From positions 3,648 through 67,647 of the IMG/VR virus record IMGVR_UViG_3300046694_000148: a stretch of 64,000 bases of DNA; one strand, written 5' to 3'. Position 1 is the stretch's first letter. Each line of letters begins with the position of its first letter. Below are positions 30,266 through 39,386 of this stretch, piece by piece. Origin of the DNA: a virus. Under the pieces are notes generated by a model, which was given only the letters and a program-made list of their open reading frames with translations, ran no database searches and was not told the origin of the DNA. The position numbers were made by a program, and so were the translations under genes.

Positions 30266-31226
30266 CGCTCGTCTCGTCAGCGTCGGCCTGGAGCGCGTAG
30301 AGCACATTCGCCAGGATGGTGTTGAGCGTGGTGGCGTACAGCCAGTACGTCGCGTGCAGATCGTCCACGTCGTCGCCGATGCCGCTGACCGTGATGTCGG
30401 ACAGCTTGATCGCCTTGAATACCAGCTTGTCGGTCAGCGTGAACGCGGCCGTCTCTTCGTCGATCACGCGCAGGCGCAGCGCCAGTTCGGTCGCGCTGTA
30501 GCTGCCGCTGGTCGAGATCTTCTGGATCTCTTCGCTTGCCAGGTCGCGGTCCTTCACGCGGATCGCGCGCTTGTCCTCGCCCTTGAACACGGCGGCTTCA
30601 CCGGCTTCCAGCTTGGTCGAGTCTTCGTCGTCGGTGTAGACCAGGCCCTCGCGTGCGATCTGGCCCAGCAGGTAGCCCGGCGTGCTGCCGGTCGGGATCT
30701 CACCGAACTGCCAGTCAACCTTGCGGGCGTCGGCCAGGCGCGCCATCTGGACCAGCACGCGCTCGACCTGCGTGGCGCTCGACGAGCAGACCAGCACGCG
30801 ATCCTTGAACACGAGCACCGGCACGATCTTGCGCGTGATGAACGCCTTCGGCAGCAGCGAGATCTCAACGTCCTCGCGCAACTGTGCGAATTCTTTCTTG
30901 TTGAGCGCGCGGCCTTCCTTCTCGGTCAGTTCGCGGTAACGCTTGTTCACTTCCTCGTCGCGCACCGAGGCGGGCAGCTTGCGCTCGCTGAACTGGAACT
31001 TCAGCACGCGGGCCGTTCCGTCGAGATCGTGGACGTAGCTGCCTTTCTCCAGCGGCTCGATCAGGCCGAGGTTCGTCCATTCGCTTTCGCCGGGATCGCG
31101 GGCGATGAAGAGTTCGATGACCGGGGCCGTCTTGTCGGGATTGCGCGCAGCGCGCCCGCACCAATCGAATAGTGCGGCGGTGCTGGTGAAAGGCGTGAAC
31201 GCCTTAATGAGTTTCGAGACTTTCAA
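30249..31226 (-). CDS. rdgC: Recombination-associated protein RdgC
   Basis: ERKLPASV...E.EGR.L.KKE..QLREDV...LLPKAF...SSATQVE; FTLTD.L.FK.IK. Confidence 0.85.
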   Translation of the reverse strand: MKVSKLIKAFTPFTSTAALFDWCGRAARNPDKTAPVIELFIARDPGESEWTNLGLIEPLEKGSYVHDLDGTARVLKFQFSERKLPASVRDEEVNKRYRELTEKEGRALNKKEFAQLREDVEISLLPKAFITRKIVPVLVFKDRVLVCSSSATQVERVLVQMARLADARKVDWQFGEIPTGSTPGYLLGQIAREGLVYTDDEDSTKLEAGEAAVFKGEDKRAIRVKDRDLASEEIQKISTSGSYSATELALRLRVIDEETAAFTLTDKLVFKAIKLSDITVSGIGDDVDDLHATYWLYATTLNTILANVLYALQADADETSDDDDL

Positions 31227-31387
31227 AGTTCGTCATCCTCGGTTTGGGTGGTGGGGGTTTTCTTCGACACGTACTCGGTCACGAAGTCGCCCTTGCTGCG
31301 GCGCTTGTCGGCCACTTCAGGATTCAGTGTCAGGTACGGCGGCTTGTCTGCGGCCATCGGTTCGATGATCCAGGCGATGACTTTCAT
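31223..31387 (-). CDS. Small hypothetical protein ending DDEL
   Basis: GAGG RBS; overlaps neighbours at both ends. Confidence 0.65.
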   Translation of the reverse strand: MKVIAWIIEPMAADKPPYLTLNPEVADKRRSKGDFVTEYVSKKTPTTQTEDDEL

Positions 31388-31512
31388 TTCACGGTGTCCT
31401 CGTTGATCGGCCACATGCGGGCGATATAGTAATCGACTAGCAGGGCCAGGCAGATGATTGCGACGATGAACAGAACGGCGCTGATGGTGAGCGGGATCAG
31501 TTCGGCGCGCAT
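31384..31512 (-). CDS. 42-aa membrane peptide (not in ORF track)
   Basis: MRAELIPLTISAVLFIVAIICLALLVDYYIARMWPINEDTVK; fills the gap with an ATGA overlap. Confidence 0.6.
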   Translation of the reverse strand: MRAELIPLTISAVLFIVAIICLALLVDYYIARMWPINEDTVK

Positions 31513-31514
31513 GG

Positions 31515-32012
31515 CTAGATCTCGCCGATGGGGGTCAGGCGGTAGTCAACGATGCTCGTGGATTCGTCAACGATGGCTACGCTGAAGTCGATGTGCTGGC
31601 GCTCGAATACGGTGGCGACCTGTTCGAGATCCAGGGTCATCGTCGCAAGTCCGCGCTGTTCCATGATGGCGGCGACGGCGGTGGGAAGCGTCAGCTTCGT
31701 GCGGGCCTCGTATTGCTTGTCGAGCAGCGATTCGACGGCGCTGTTCTGTTCGAGCGCGTCGGCATGGCCGCAGTTGTAGGCTTCACCGATGGCCCCCTTC
31801 AGGTACGTCTCGATCAGCGCCTTGTGCTTCGGGTCGAGGTTCGCGCCGAGCGGGATGGCCGCATAGATCTTCTCGCGTGTGCGCTGGAAGATCTGGCTCG
31901 TGTCACGGCGCTCACGCTTCGGTGCCGTGGCCGGTGCTGCCGGTACGCCGCGATCCAGCAGTGCGCCGATGTTCGCCAGTCCTTTAACGCTGGCTTTGGT
32001 CTGTTTGGTCAT
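31515..32012 (-). CDS. Hypothetical protein
   Basis: 165 aa, downstream of promoter 32043-32071. Confidence 0.75.
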   Translation of the reverse strand: MTKQTKASVKGLANIGALLDRGVPAAPATAPKRERRDTSQIFQRTREKIYAAIPLGANLDPKHKALIETYLKGAIGEAYNCGHADALEQNSAVESLLDKQYEARTKLTLPTAVAAIMEQRGLATMTLDLEQVATVFERQHIDFSVAIVDESTSIVDYRLTPIGEI

Positions 32013-32042
32013 GTCTCTTTCCGGTTAAGTTGAAGCATTGAA

Positions 32043-32071
32043 AGTATAACGGCAGGGACGAACCCTGCCAA
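32043..32071 (-). promoter_or_regulatory. sigma70 promoter with palindromic operator, copy 2
   Basis: TTGGCA-17-TATACT; GGCAGGG-ACGAA-CCCTGCC 32051-32069 (perfectly matched arms). Confidence 0.7.
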
Positions 32072-32076
32072 TCTTT

Positions 32077-32730
32077 TTACAGCGGTTCCTGGTCTTCGAG
32101 GAAGCCGCGCCACGCGATGTTCTGCGGCAGCGCGTCCGGCATGAAGTGCGCGTCTTCGGGCTTCTTGAATCCGTCTTCACGCTCGTGCTGCGGTTGCAGC
32201 GGCCAGGACCAGCGCAGGCCATCGAACCAGCGCATGTGCGTCTTCTCGGCTTCGACGAGCGTGCTGAGAAGTTTGCACTGGTAGGGGCCAGGAACAACGG
32301 GGTCTTGTCCGCTGATCCAGTCCGTCATCTTACTCGCGTCTTGTGTCGCACCTGCGAGATCGGTTTTCACATCGTTCATGTTCATCTTCATCCTCTTCTT
32401 TTTACGTCGTTCAACGCCGCCGAAGAAACTCAGCGGCAGGTCGTTGTACTGCCTTCCCGAAAAGCGCGTCACGATGGGCGGGCCGTACTTGTAGACAGCC
32501 GGGGAATTGCGTCCCTGCGACTGCGCTTTGATTGCGGTGTGGATCTCACCCTTCACCAGCAAATGCTGCACGAAGCGGTTGGCCGTTTGCAGGCTTGCCG
32601 GGATCATGTCAGCGATGTCCTGTTGCGTCGCGCCGTGAAGCGGTCGCCCCATGAGGAACGCCAGGATCTTCTCGATGGTTTCGAGCGACGCGGGCGAGTC
32701 GTAGTTCAGGACTTGCTTCTTGTCGCTCAT
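32077..32730 (-). CDS. Winged-HTH-like protein fused to a second domain (possible internal start near 32390)
   Basis: ATQQDIADMIPASLQTANRFVQHL...GEIH HTH; internal AGAGG-ATG. Confidence 0.6.
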   Translation of the reverse strand: MSDKKQVLNYDSPASLETIEKILAFLMGRPLHGATQQDIADMIPASLQTANRFVQHLLVKGEIHTAIKAQSQGRNSPAVYKYGPPIVTRFSGRQYNDLPLSFFGGVERRKKKRMKMNMNDVKTDLAGATQDASKMTDWISGQDPVVPGPYQCKLLSTLVEAEKTHMRWFDGLRWSWPLQPQHEREDGFKKPEDAHFMPDALPQNIAWRGFLEDQEPL

Positions 32731-32732
32731 GG

Positions 32733-33410
32733 CTAGGCCCCTGAATGATCCGAGCCGCGCCGCTTGCACATCGGCCGTTCGGGATCGTTCATGTCCCATC
32801 GCAGATCGCACTTCTCGCACGTCATCTGATCGCTGTGCTGCACGGCCAGGCACTTCGTCGGCTCGCGGCGCTTCGACTTGAAGGTGCGCACGTAGTCGCG
32901 GTGCAGCATCTTCGACCCTTCAACGAGGAAGCCCCACGGCCCGAGGTAGCGGCCGAACACGAAGAACGTCAGCGCCTCGCCGCCGTGCAGCCTCGTGATC
33001 TTGTGGAACTGGTCGTGGCCCAGTGCCGCACTGTCGCCCGGCAGGTAGTGTTGCTCGACCATCTGACGTTCGGTCCACCAGGGATCGAGTGCGTTCACGA
33101 TGGTCACGCTGCGCACTTCGTCGTAGCCGCCGCGCATGATCCACGTACGCGCTTTGAACGGATGGTCGTGCAGGTGACGATCAGGATCAGGCATGACGAT
33201 GTGGTGGATGCGGATCGAGAACGGGATCATGCGGTACTTGCGCTTGTAGGTCCTCGGGTCGATCTGGTTGAACAGCCAGTAGCGATACATGTAGACCTGG
33301 CTTCCGTCCGGCGACATGATGTGCGCGTCGGGCGTGCGCTTTGCGATTGCGAGTAGGCGTTCACGGATAGCGGGCTTGCGCAGCACGCGGCCGATGATGT
33401 TTGCGATCAT
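32733..33410 (-). CDS. Cupin-fold protein with C-terminal Cys cluster
   Basis: RIHHI..PD.DRHLHDHP...GGYDE...FHKI; C-terminal C...QHSDQM.CEKC. Confidence 0.65.
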   Translation of the reverse strand: MIANIIGRVLRKPAIRERLLAIAKRTPDAHIMSPDGSQVYMYRYWLFNQIDPRTYKRKYRMIPFSIRIHHIVMPDPDRHLHDHPFKARTWIMRGGYDEVRSVTIVNALDPWWTERQMVEQHYLPGDSAALGHDQFHKITRLHGGEALTFFVFGRYLGPWGFLVEGSKMLHRDYVRTFKSKRREPTKCLAVQHSDQMTCEKCDLRWDMNDPERPMCKRRGSDHSGA

Positions 33411-33451
33411 GCTTTCTTATTCCCTTCGTTATCGTGGTACTGGTTGACGGA

Positions 33452-33787
33452 TTATTTGTTCTCGATCTCAAGGATCTCCGTCATCTTATCGCCGATGGTG
33501 CGGTGCGCGTCCGCCCATCGGTTCTGTCCGCTGTAGCCGGTGATCTCGCTCGCAAGATCGGTGAGGCGGTACAGCTTGTGCTCTGCTTCTCGCAACTTCT
33601 CGCTGAGGTCCATGTTGCGGGCGGTCTGCTTCGACAGCGGGTCCTGCGATTCGTCCTGCGGAATCGGCGGCATTTCCGTCCATCCCGAGGTCAGGCCCCA
33701 CAGCGTTCCGTCGTTGCACAGTGCGTATAGATCGGCGTCACCGTCCGGCCTGGCCGTGGCTGCGATCTGGATGATTGCGCGCTTCAT
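33452..33787 (-). CDS. Hypothetical phage protein
   Basis: IIQIA...LYALCNDGTLW...W..MPPIPQ. Confidence 0.7.
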   Translation of the reverse strand: MKRAIIQIAATARPDGDADLYALCNDGTLWGLTSGWTEMPPIPQDESQDPLSKQTARNMDLSEKLREAEHKLYRLTDLASEITGYSGQNRWADAHRTIGDKMTEILEIENK

Positions 33788-34398
33788 GTCCGCACCTTCC
33801 GCGCCGCCAGGGCCTTCTCGCAGATGTCGGGCGGTGGCGTCTCGCACGGATCTTCGACCAGGCCGCCGCAGAACTTGCACGGCTCGGGCATCGGCTTGCG
33901 GTAGCCCTCGACAAGCAGGGCAATCGGATCGACCGTGACCTCATCGAGCACGGCGACGCGGAACGCCCGCTGGCTCTTGCCGACGAGCGGCACCACGGCG
34001 TAGACCGGCACCGGCTGATCGGCCTCGCGGCGCAGCGGTGGCGTGACCTGCACGTCTTCAGGCGCAGCGAGCGTGCGCATGCCATCGCCAGGTCCACCGA
34101 GGATCGTGACGATGTGCTCGTTCGCTGCTTCACGCTCGTCGCTCTCGTCGGCATACGGGCGGTGGTAGGCCGTCAGCAGGTCGAGGATCGCGCAGCGGTT
34201 CAGGTCACGCACGCCGATGTGGTGCTGCGCTCCAAACGCGCCGGTCAGGATGCCGACCGCGTAGCAGAACTCTTTCCCCTTGTGCTCGGGCGTCGTGGTT
34301 TCAAGATAGGTGAAGTCGCGGGTACGCGCGTCGAGCAGGAAACGCTGGCCGTCAGCGGGGCCGCCGATCATCAGTACGGTTTTCGGATTCATGTTCAT
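33784..34398 (-). CDS. Hypothetical protein with duplicated GGPxDG module and terminal Cys cluster
   Basis: IGGPADG / LGGPGDG; GGAG RBS. Confidence 0.7.
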   Translation of the reverse strand: MNMNPKTVLMIGGPADGQRFLLDARTRDFTYLETTTPEHKGKEFCYAVGILTGAFGAQHHIGVRDLNRCAILDLLTAYHRPYADESDEREAANEHIVTILGGPGDGMRTLAAPEDVQVTPPLRREADQPVPVYAVVPLVGKSQRAFRVAVLDEVTVDPIALLVEGYRKPMPEPCKFCGGLVEDPCETPPPDICEKALAARKVRT

Positions 34399-34399
34399 G

Positions 34400-35278
34400 T
34401 CATTCTCCAGCGGGGGTGTCAGGGCAGTCGCCAGCGCAAAACGCGCCGCCGTTGTCGCTGTCGTTCTCGATGCGAACGTTCGGGCAGGGGCACTCGTCAA
34501 AGGCCCGCTCGTCGCTGGACGGCGACAGGAACGGCAGGCCGACGAACGGTGCGAGGATCTGCGGGACCGGCTGACCGATCTGCTGCACGCCGAGTTCAAC
34601 GCGCAGGCGTTCCGATTGCTCGATGGCCTGCGGCACGTCGGTGCCCATTTCGCGGCGGCACACGCCAATCACCGCATCGAACTCCGTGGGCTGAATGTCG
34701 GCGATAAACTTACCCTTACCGTACCGGCGAATGATCTCCTTCGCAGTCGGCACTCCGAAGCGGTCCTTCACGCGGTTCAGCAGGCGTGTCATTTCTTCGC
34801 GCTTCGCTGCAAGCTGTGCCGATTCGACGGCCGGTGCCGCCTGGTCGGTGCTACCGAAGCCGCCAGTGCCGCGCGCCGTCGCGTTCAACACATTGCGCTC
34901 GATGAAACGCACCATCGGGAAAGGGATGATGATCGCCTGTGCGACTGCCTTGTTCTTCGGGAAGTCGAGATGGCCGTGGTTCTCGTCCATGCGCAGCTTC
35001 AGCTTCACGCTGTCGCGGTAGTCGCTGTCGATGATGCCGGTGCCGTTCGCCAGGCACACGTCGTACTTGAAGCCGTGGCCGCTGCGAGAGAACACGAACA
35101 TGACGTAGCCGGGCGGGATCTCGAAGGCCAATCCGGTGTCGATGACTTGCGGGTGGCCGTACTCCAGCTTGAAGTCTTCGAGCGGGAAAATGTCGAAGCA
35201 GCCTGCGCCTGCGGTCGCGTAGAACGGAATGGTTGCGCGCGGGTCGGTGCGTTTAAAAACGGTGTCGATGTAGCTCAT
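34400..35278 (-). CDS. dut: dUTPase with long C-terminal extension
   Basis: All five trimeric dUTPase motifs: AGCFDI, RSG, GIIDSDYR, AQ, RGTGGFGST. Confidence 0.92.
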   Translation of the reverse strand: MSYIDTVFKRTDPRATIPFYATAGAGCFDIFPLEDFKLEYGHPQVIDTGLAFEIPPGYVMFVFSRSGHGFKYDVCLANGTGIIDSDYRDSVKLKLRMDENHGHLDFPKNKAVAQAIIIPFPMVRFIERNVLNATARGTGGFGSTDQAAPAVESAQLAAKREEMTRLLNRVKDRFGVPTAKEIIRRYGKGKFIADIQPTEFDAVIGVCRREMGTDVPQAIEQSERLRVELGVQQIGQPVPQILAPFVGLPFLSPSSDERAFDECPCPNVRIENDSDNGGAFCAGDCPDTPAGE

Positions 35279-35287
35279 GGTCTTCCT

Positions 35288-35656
35288 TCAGGTGATGATA
35301 ATTTCGCGGTAGTTGTTGGTGCAGTATTTCGGCCACGTCTCGTCTTTGCCGAACCAGCACAGGCTCCATTTGTCGGTGAAGCGCAGCCGCTTCATGCCGT
35401 CGATCACGACCGTCTCGCACTGGCGGATCTTCCAGCACTTGCCGGGGTAGACGCCGCTCGGCTGGCTGCGGGAGTAGTCCGCGAGGCCGTCGAACTGCGC
35501 TTGTGTCAGCAGGACATGCGTGTCGTCGAACTCCACGTCGCACATGTCCTTCGGCTGGTCCCAGTGGCGGCCGAGCGGATCGGTGATCGGCGGGATGAAC
35601 GCGGCAGTCGGGATGGCCGCCGCGAACGCTGGTGCAGGGTAGATCGAGCGAATCAC
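35288..35656 (-). CDS. Hypothetical phage protein
   Basis: DPLGRHWDQP...YS.S.PSGVYPGKCWK. Confidence 0.75.
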   Translation of the reverse strand: MIRSIYPAPAFAAAIPTAAFIPPITDPLGRHWDQPKDMCDVEFDDTHVLLTQAQFDGLADYSRSQPSGVYPGKCWKIRQCETVVIDGMKRLRFTDKWSLCWFGKDETWPKYCTNNYREIIIT

Positions 35657-37059
35657 TTTCCGTCACCCTTCACTGGCGGCAGGTCGCCCTTGTGGTCGAA
35701 GTGCGGGATCATGTCAGCCTGCGGTTCTTCGGCGGCCAGTTCCTTCTCGGCCGCGACGAAGATGACGCGGTGGAAGCTGGTCCCGCTGTAACGGCGAGCC
35801 TTGCCGGTGCTGCGAGCGTGGCTGTCGCCGACTTGCAGGCCCCACTCAGTCGTCGCATCGTCCTGGCCGATGGTGATGTACTCGCTGCTGCCGTTCTCGA
35901 CGTAGCCACACATGCGGCGCAGCTTGTCCAGCAGATCGGCATCGTTGACGAACCGCTGCGCGGCGATGATCGACTCAGCGATGAAGGCGTCGCGCAGGCC
36001 GCGCAGCTTGTCGATGTCGTTCTGCGAGAGGACGTATTCGCGGTCGCCGCTGCCGTCACCGACCATGCGCGATTCGCAGTTGTCGATGATGTCCCGCACG
36101 TCGCGCATGGCGATGTCCGCGTTCATGTGCTGCGCTGGGGTGTTCATCAGGATCTCGAAGTCGCGCAGAGGCTTGCGGGTCGAGCGAGTGCCGCTTCGCA
36201 CGACGCGACCATCCTGGCCGTACGCGAGGATCTTGATGGAATTGATTGGAGTGCTCCGCACCGGGCCGCCGTGGTGGATCACCTTGGGCATGTCGTCACG
36301 GCCGGACGCCAGGCTGTGATCGAACGTGCTGTAGGCCAGGTCGAAGGCGGCCAGTTCATGCTCCCAGTAAGCGCGCTGGTCAGGGTCTTTCTCGACCGCG
36401 ATTGCGACGTTGATGGCTGCACGCCACGACGCCTGATGCGTGCTGAAGTTGTGATGCAGGACCGGCTGCGGCATCGGCATGCGGTGGTCGCTGGCGCGGT
36501 TGCGGCTCACCAGGGCCTTCATGCAGGCGTCGCAGGACACGGCCTTACCGCTTTCCGCGTCATGCACCTCGCCGTAGTTGAGCGCGCCGCACGCGGTCGC
36601 GGTGTCGCCATCGAACAAGGCATGCACCGACGTGCCGCCCTTCTGCGTTACGTTCCTGTAGGTCTTCATGTTGTCTTCTCCGTTAAGAATTGATGCTTCG
36701 ATAAAGCGAGGCCGCGTGCGGCGCTCGAAGCCTGGATAGGCTGGCTCACTGACACACCGCAATGCGGTGCTTACTGCTTGACTCACACTGGCACTGTGGG
36801 CGGCCGTCTCGCGGATTTTCCGTGCAGCAGAAATGCAGGCTGCGCACGACACCACGCGATCCGATGCGACGCGCTCCATGTCCATCATTTCCACTTCACC
36901 GCACAGCGACTTCATCGGAATGCGGCCGGTCATCACGCCTTCGATGACGGCGATCTGCGGCGGCTTGACGAGGTGGACGATTGCTCGCGGTGCCACCTGG
37001 CTCGTGTCTTCGGCGCGCATCGCTTCGCGCAGTGCCACTTTCAGGAAGTTCATGGTCAT
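35653..37059 (-). CDS. Multidomain protein with two H-C-CxxC zinc modules (internal start at 36669)
   Basis: 468-aa ORF; internal TTAACGGAG RBS before MKTYRN. Confidence 0.65.
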   Translation of the reverse strand: MTMNFLKVALREAMRAEDTSQVAPRAIVHLVKPPQIAVIEGVMTGRIPMKSLCGEVEMMDMERVASDRVVSCAACISAARKIRETAAHSASVSQAVSTALRCVSEPAYPGFERRTRPRFIEASILNGEDNMKTYRNVTQKGGTSVHALFDGDTATACGALNYGEVHDAESGKAVSCDACMKALVSRNRASDHRMPMPQPVLHHNFSTHQASWRAAINVAIAVEKDPDQRAYWEHELAAFDLAYSTFDHSLASGRDDMPKVIHHGGPVRSTPINSIKILAYGQDGRVVRSGTRSTRKPLRDFEILMNTPAQHMNADIAMRDVRDIIDNCESRMVGDGSGDREYVLSQNDIDKLRGLRDAFIAESIIAAQRFVNDADLLDKLRRMCGYVENGSSEYITIGQDDATTEWGLQVGDSHARSTGKARRYSGTSFHRVIFVAAEKELAAEEPQADMIPHFDHKGDLPPVKGDGK

Positions 37060-37412
37060 CCCCTGTTATGTTTATCGTAGGCCGCGATCATGTCTTCCGG
37101 CGAGTCGTACACCGGGGCGCTCATGTCCAGCTTCGTTCTGTCGTACCATCCCATGCGCTCCCATATCCGCATAGCCTGGTTCGGTTGCTCGATCTTCTCC
37201 AGCATGATCGTCGCGCCTGCGCAGTGCTGTTCCTTGCTCGATGGTATGCACTCACCCTCATCGTCGAACTGCGTGGTCTTGTGGCATGCGAACGTGCTGT
37301 CCTCGTTGACCATGCTGTCGCAGATCTCGGCCACGCGGTCGGTGCGCAGGTACGGCGTCACGTCGGTTCGGAACGGGCACTTCGGACACGGCCGGATCAG
37401 GTCGAAGTTCAT
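37056..37412 (-). CDS. Cys-rich metal-binding protein
   Basis: PC..CPFR...FACHKT...CAGA. Confidence 0.75.
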   Translation of the reverse strand: MNFDLIRPCPKCPFRTDVTPYLRTDRVAEICDSMVNEDSTFACHKTTQFDDEGECIPSSKEQHCAGATIMLEKIEQPNQAMRIWERMGWYDRTKLDMSAPVYDSPEDMIAAYDKHNRG

Positions 37413-37633
37413 GCCGGTTGCTCCACGATCTCGAACTCGCAGCCGTTCGCCTTCACCTTCACGCGGCGGATCATGCCCTTGCACTCCAGCGACAGCGCGC
37501 TCGTCGTGACCTTCGGATGGCCCGGCGTGGTCAGGTAGCAGTACGAGTCGTAGCCGAACATGTAGCGCAGCTTGTAGCCGCTGCGCATCGACGCCAGGAT
37601 GCTCCCCTGGACCGCACTGATCCGCTTGCTCAT
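37409..37633 (-). CDS. Small hypothetical protein
   Basis: ATGA overlaps at both ends. Confidence 0.65.
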   Translation of the reverse strand: MSKRISAVQGSILASMRSGYKLRYMFGYDSYCYLTTPGHPKVTTSALSLECKGMIRRVKVKANGCEFEIVEQPA

Positions 37634-38088
37634 GCTTCACCTGCTATGCGCGCCATCATCGACTCGGCGATCTCGTTCGACCCGACTTCACCGGCCGGGC
37701 CGTCGATGTACATGCGCAGCGCGATAATCAGCACCTCGCGTTCTTCGCCACTGACCGGCACACCGTCGATGCTGACCTCACACTCGTCGTCGCGCTTGAA
37801 TGCCTCGCGTACTTCTGCCTGGCGCTGCTGATAGCGTGCTGTGCCATCGCGGCTGCGGCGCTGGCGTTCTTTCTTCAGGGCCTTCAGGCAGTCGGGGCAC
37901 GTCACGATGAAGCTGTGGCCGGGCATGTCGTGCTTCAGGTACACCACGTCCAGGGCTTCGACCTTTCCGCAGATCGTGGCGTCGGCGTCGCGCATCAGCG
38001 CATGCACCTTGCCGGTCGGCGGGTTCTGCGGCTTCGCCAGCAGGTCGGCACGCGCCGCTACGACGCGGTATTCATCGCTCAGGCTCAT
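37630..38088 (-). CDS. Hypothetical protein with H-C-CxxC zinc module
   Basis: KVHAL...ICG...VTCPDC. Confidence 0.7.
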   Translation of the reverse strand: MSLSDEYRVVAARADLLAKPQNPPTGKVHALMRDADATICGKVEALDVVYLKHDMPGHSFIVTCPDCLKALKKERQRRSRDGTARYQQRQAEVREAFKRDDECEVSIDGVPVSGEEREVLIIALRMYIDGPAGEVGSNEIAESMMARIAGEA

Positions 38089-38450
38089 TGGAATGCCCTC
38101 GCGCTCGGATACTGCACGTTGAAGTCCTTGATGCGCTGCGTGAACTCGTAGCGGGCATAACGCTTCTCGCCGCGCTTGAAGAAGACACCCATGCGCACAA
38201 GCTGGTCCGCCGCACGTTCTTGCAGCATTTCGTGCATCGGGTTCCTGCCGAAGCGGCACGGCTCGACGAATCCATCCCTTGCGACATCGCGGACGAACGC
38301 CAACTGAAGCGGGCGAAGGCGGTAGTACAGGCGCTTCGCCTTGTCGATGTCGAGCGGCGTTTCAGGATTGAACAGTTCCGCCAATTCCAGTTCGCGCTCG
38401 CTCGGCTTGTCCATCATGTCGTCGATAATCTGCTTCAGGTTCTCGTTCAT
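38085..38450 (-). CDS. Hypothetical protein, possible winged helix
   Basis: GAGG RBS; ATGA overlap. Confidence 0.65.
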   Translation of the reverse strand: MNENLKQIIDDMMDKPSERELELAELFNPETPLDIDKAKRLYYRLRPLQLAFVRDVARDGFVEPCRFGRNPMHEMLQERAADQLVRMGVFFKRGEKRYARYEFTQRIKDFNVQYPSARAFQ

Positions 38451-38857
38451 TCCTCGTCTCCCAGGTGCGGCCGGAACGCCTCGACGACGGTGTAGCGGTC
38501 CTTCGACGTGTCGTGTTCGAGGACACCGTTGCGGGCCAGGTTGCGGCACGCTTTCGCCTCGTCATTGATCTGCGGCTCGAATGGTTCGTTGTCGCGCACC
38601 TTGCGGGCGACGAAGCGATGGAAGTCGCCCATGTCTGCCAGCACCTTTGCGATCTCGACCGGGATTACCTGGCCGGTGCCAGCATTGACCACCATGTCTT
38701 CGAGCAGGCGCAGTTCGGTCAGCAGCCAGTCGCGCTTTGCCTCGTACATGCGGGTGTCGATGCCTTCGGCTTTGGCGATCTCGATGGCACCGCTTAGTGC
38801 TTGGACCGCCACGTTGACGGCGGCGATGGTCATCGGGTATTTAGGTTTCAGTTTCAT
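38447..38857 (-). CDS. Hypothetical protein
   Basis: AGGAG RBS; 136 aa. Confidence 0.75.
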   Translation of the reverse strand: MKLKPKYPMTIAAVNVAVQALSGAIEIAKAEGIDTRMYEAKRDWLLTELRLLEDMVVNAGTGQVIPVEIAKVLADMGDFHRFVARKVRDNEPFEPQINDEAKACRNLARNGVLEHDTSKDRYTVVEAFRPHLGDEE

Positions 38858-38868
38858 GTTGGTTCTCC

Positions 38869-39054
38869 TTACCAGGGCAAAAAGTTGACGCGATGGCCGA
38901 GCAGCGATGCGACGAGCAGGTAGGCGGCCATGACGAGGAATCGAAGATGCGAGTCGTCGTACCCCTTCAGCAAAGCGTCGAGCGCCAGGAACAGCCAGAA
39001 GGTGAGAACGAAGGTGACTACGACTGCGATGATGACTGCGGTACGGGTGCGCAT
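38869..39054 (-). CDS. Small two-TM membrane protein
   Basis: MRTRTAVIIAVVVTFVLTFWLFLAL...FLVMAAYLLVASLL; AGGAG RBS. Confidence 0.65.
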   Translation of the reverse strand: MRTRTAVIIAVVVTFVLTFWLFLALDALLKGYDDSHLRFLVMAAYLLVASLLGHRVNFLPW

Positions 39055-39386
39055 GATTGCTCCTTTTCCTTCAGTTTCTTTGCCTTGTATCGCGCCTGCC
39101 GTTGAGCCGGTGTCAGCTTCGGGCGAGGCACGTCCGTGTCGGTGGCCTTCAGCTTCAACGCGAAGATCGGCGTCGTCGCACGACCCATTGTGTCCTTGTT
39201 CCAGCCTGCGATGAACACGACCCCTTTGCGGTGGAAGCAGCGCATCAGGTCTTGCACCGTGGTCAGCGCCAGGCCGCTTTTCTTCTCCAGCTTGTAGCAG
39301 TCGGACGGCCATGCGATCAGCGTCTTCATCACGATTGCGTAGCAGTCCTGATTGACCTTGTGTTGCGTGCTGCGGGTCTTCAGCAT
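39018..39386 (-). CDS. HTH-like DNA-binding protein
   Basis: L.KKSGLALTTVQD...H..GVVFI.GW..D..GR; PKLTPAQRQARY. Confidence 0.6.
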   Translation of the reverse strand: MLKTRSTQHKVNQDCYAIVMKTLIAWPSDCYKLEKKSGLALTTVQDLMRCFHRKGVVFIAGWNKDTMGRATTPIFALKLKATDTDVPRPKLTPAQRQARYKAKKLKEKEQSCAPVPQSSSQS

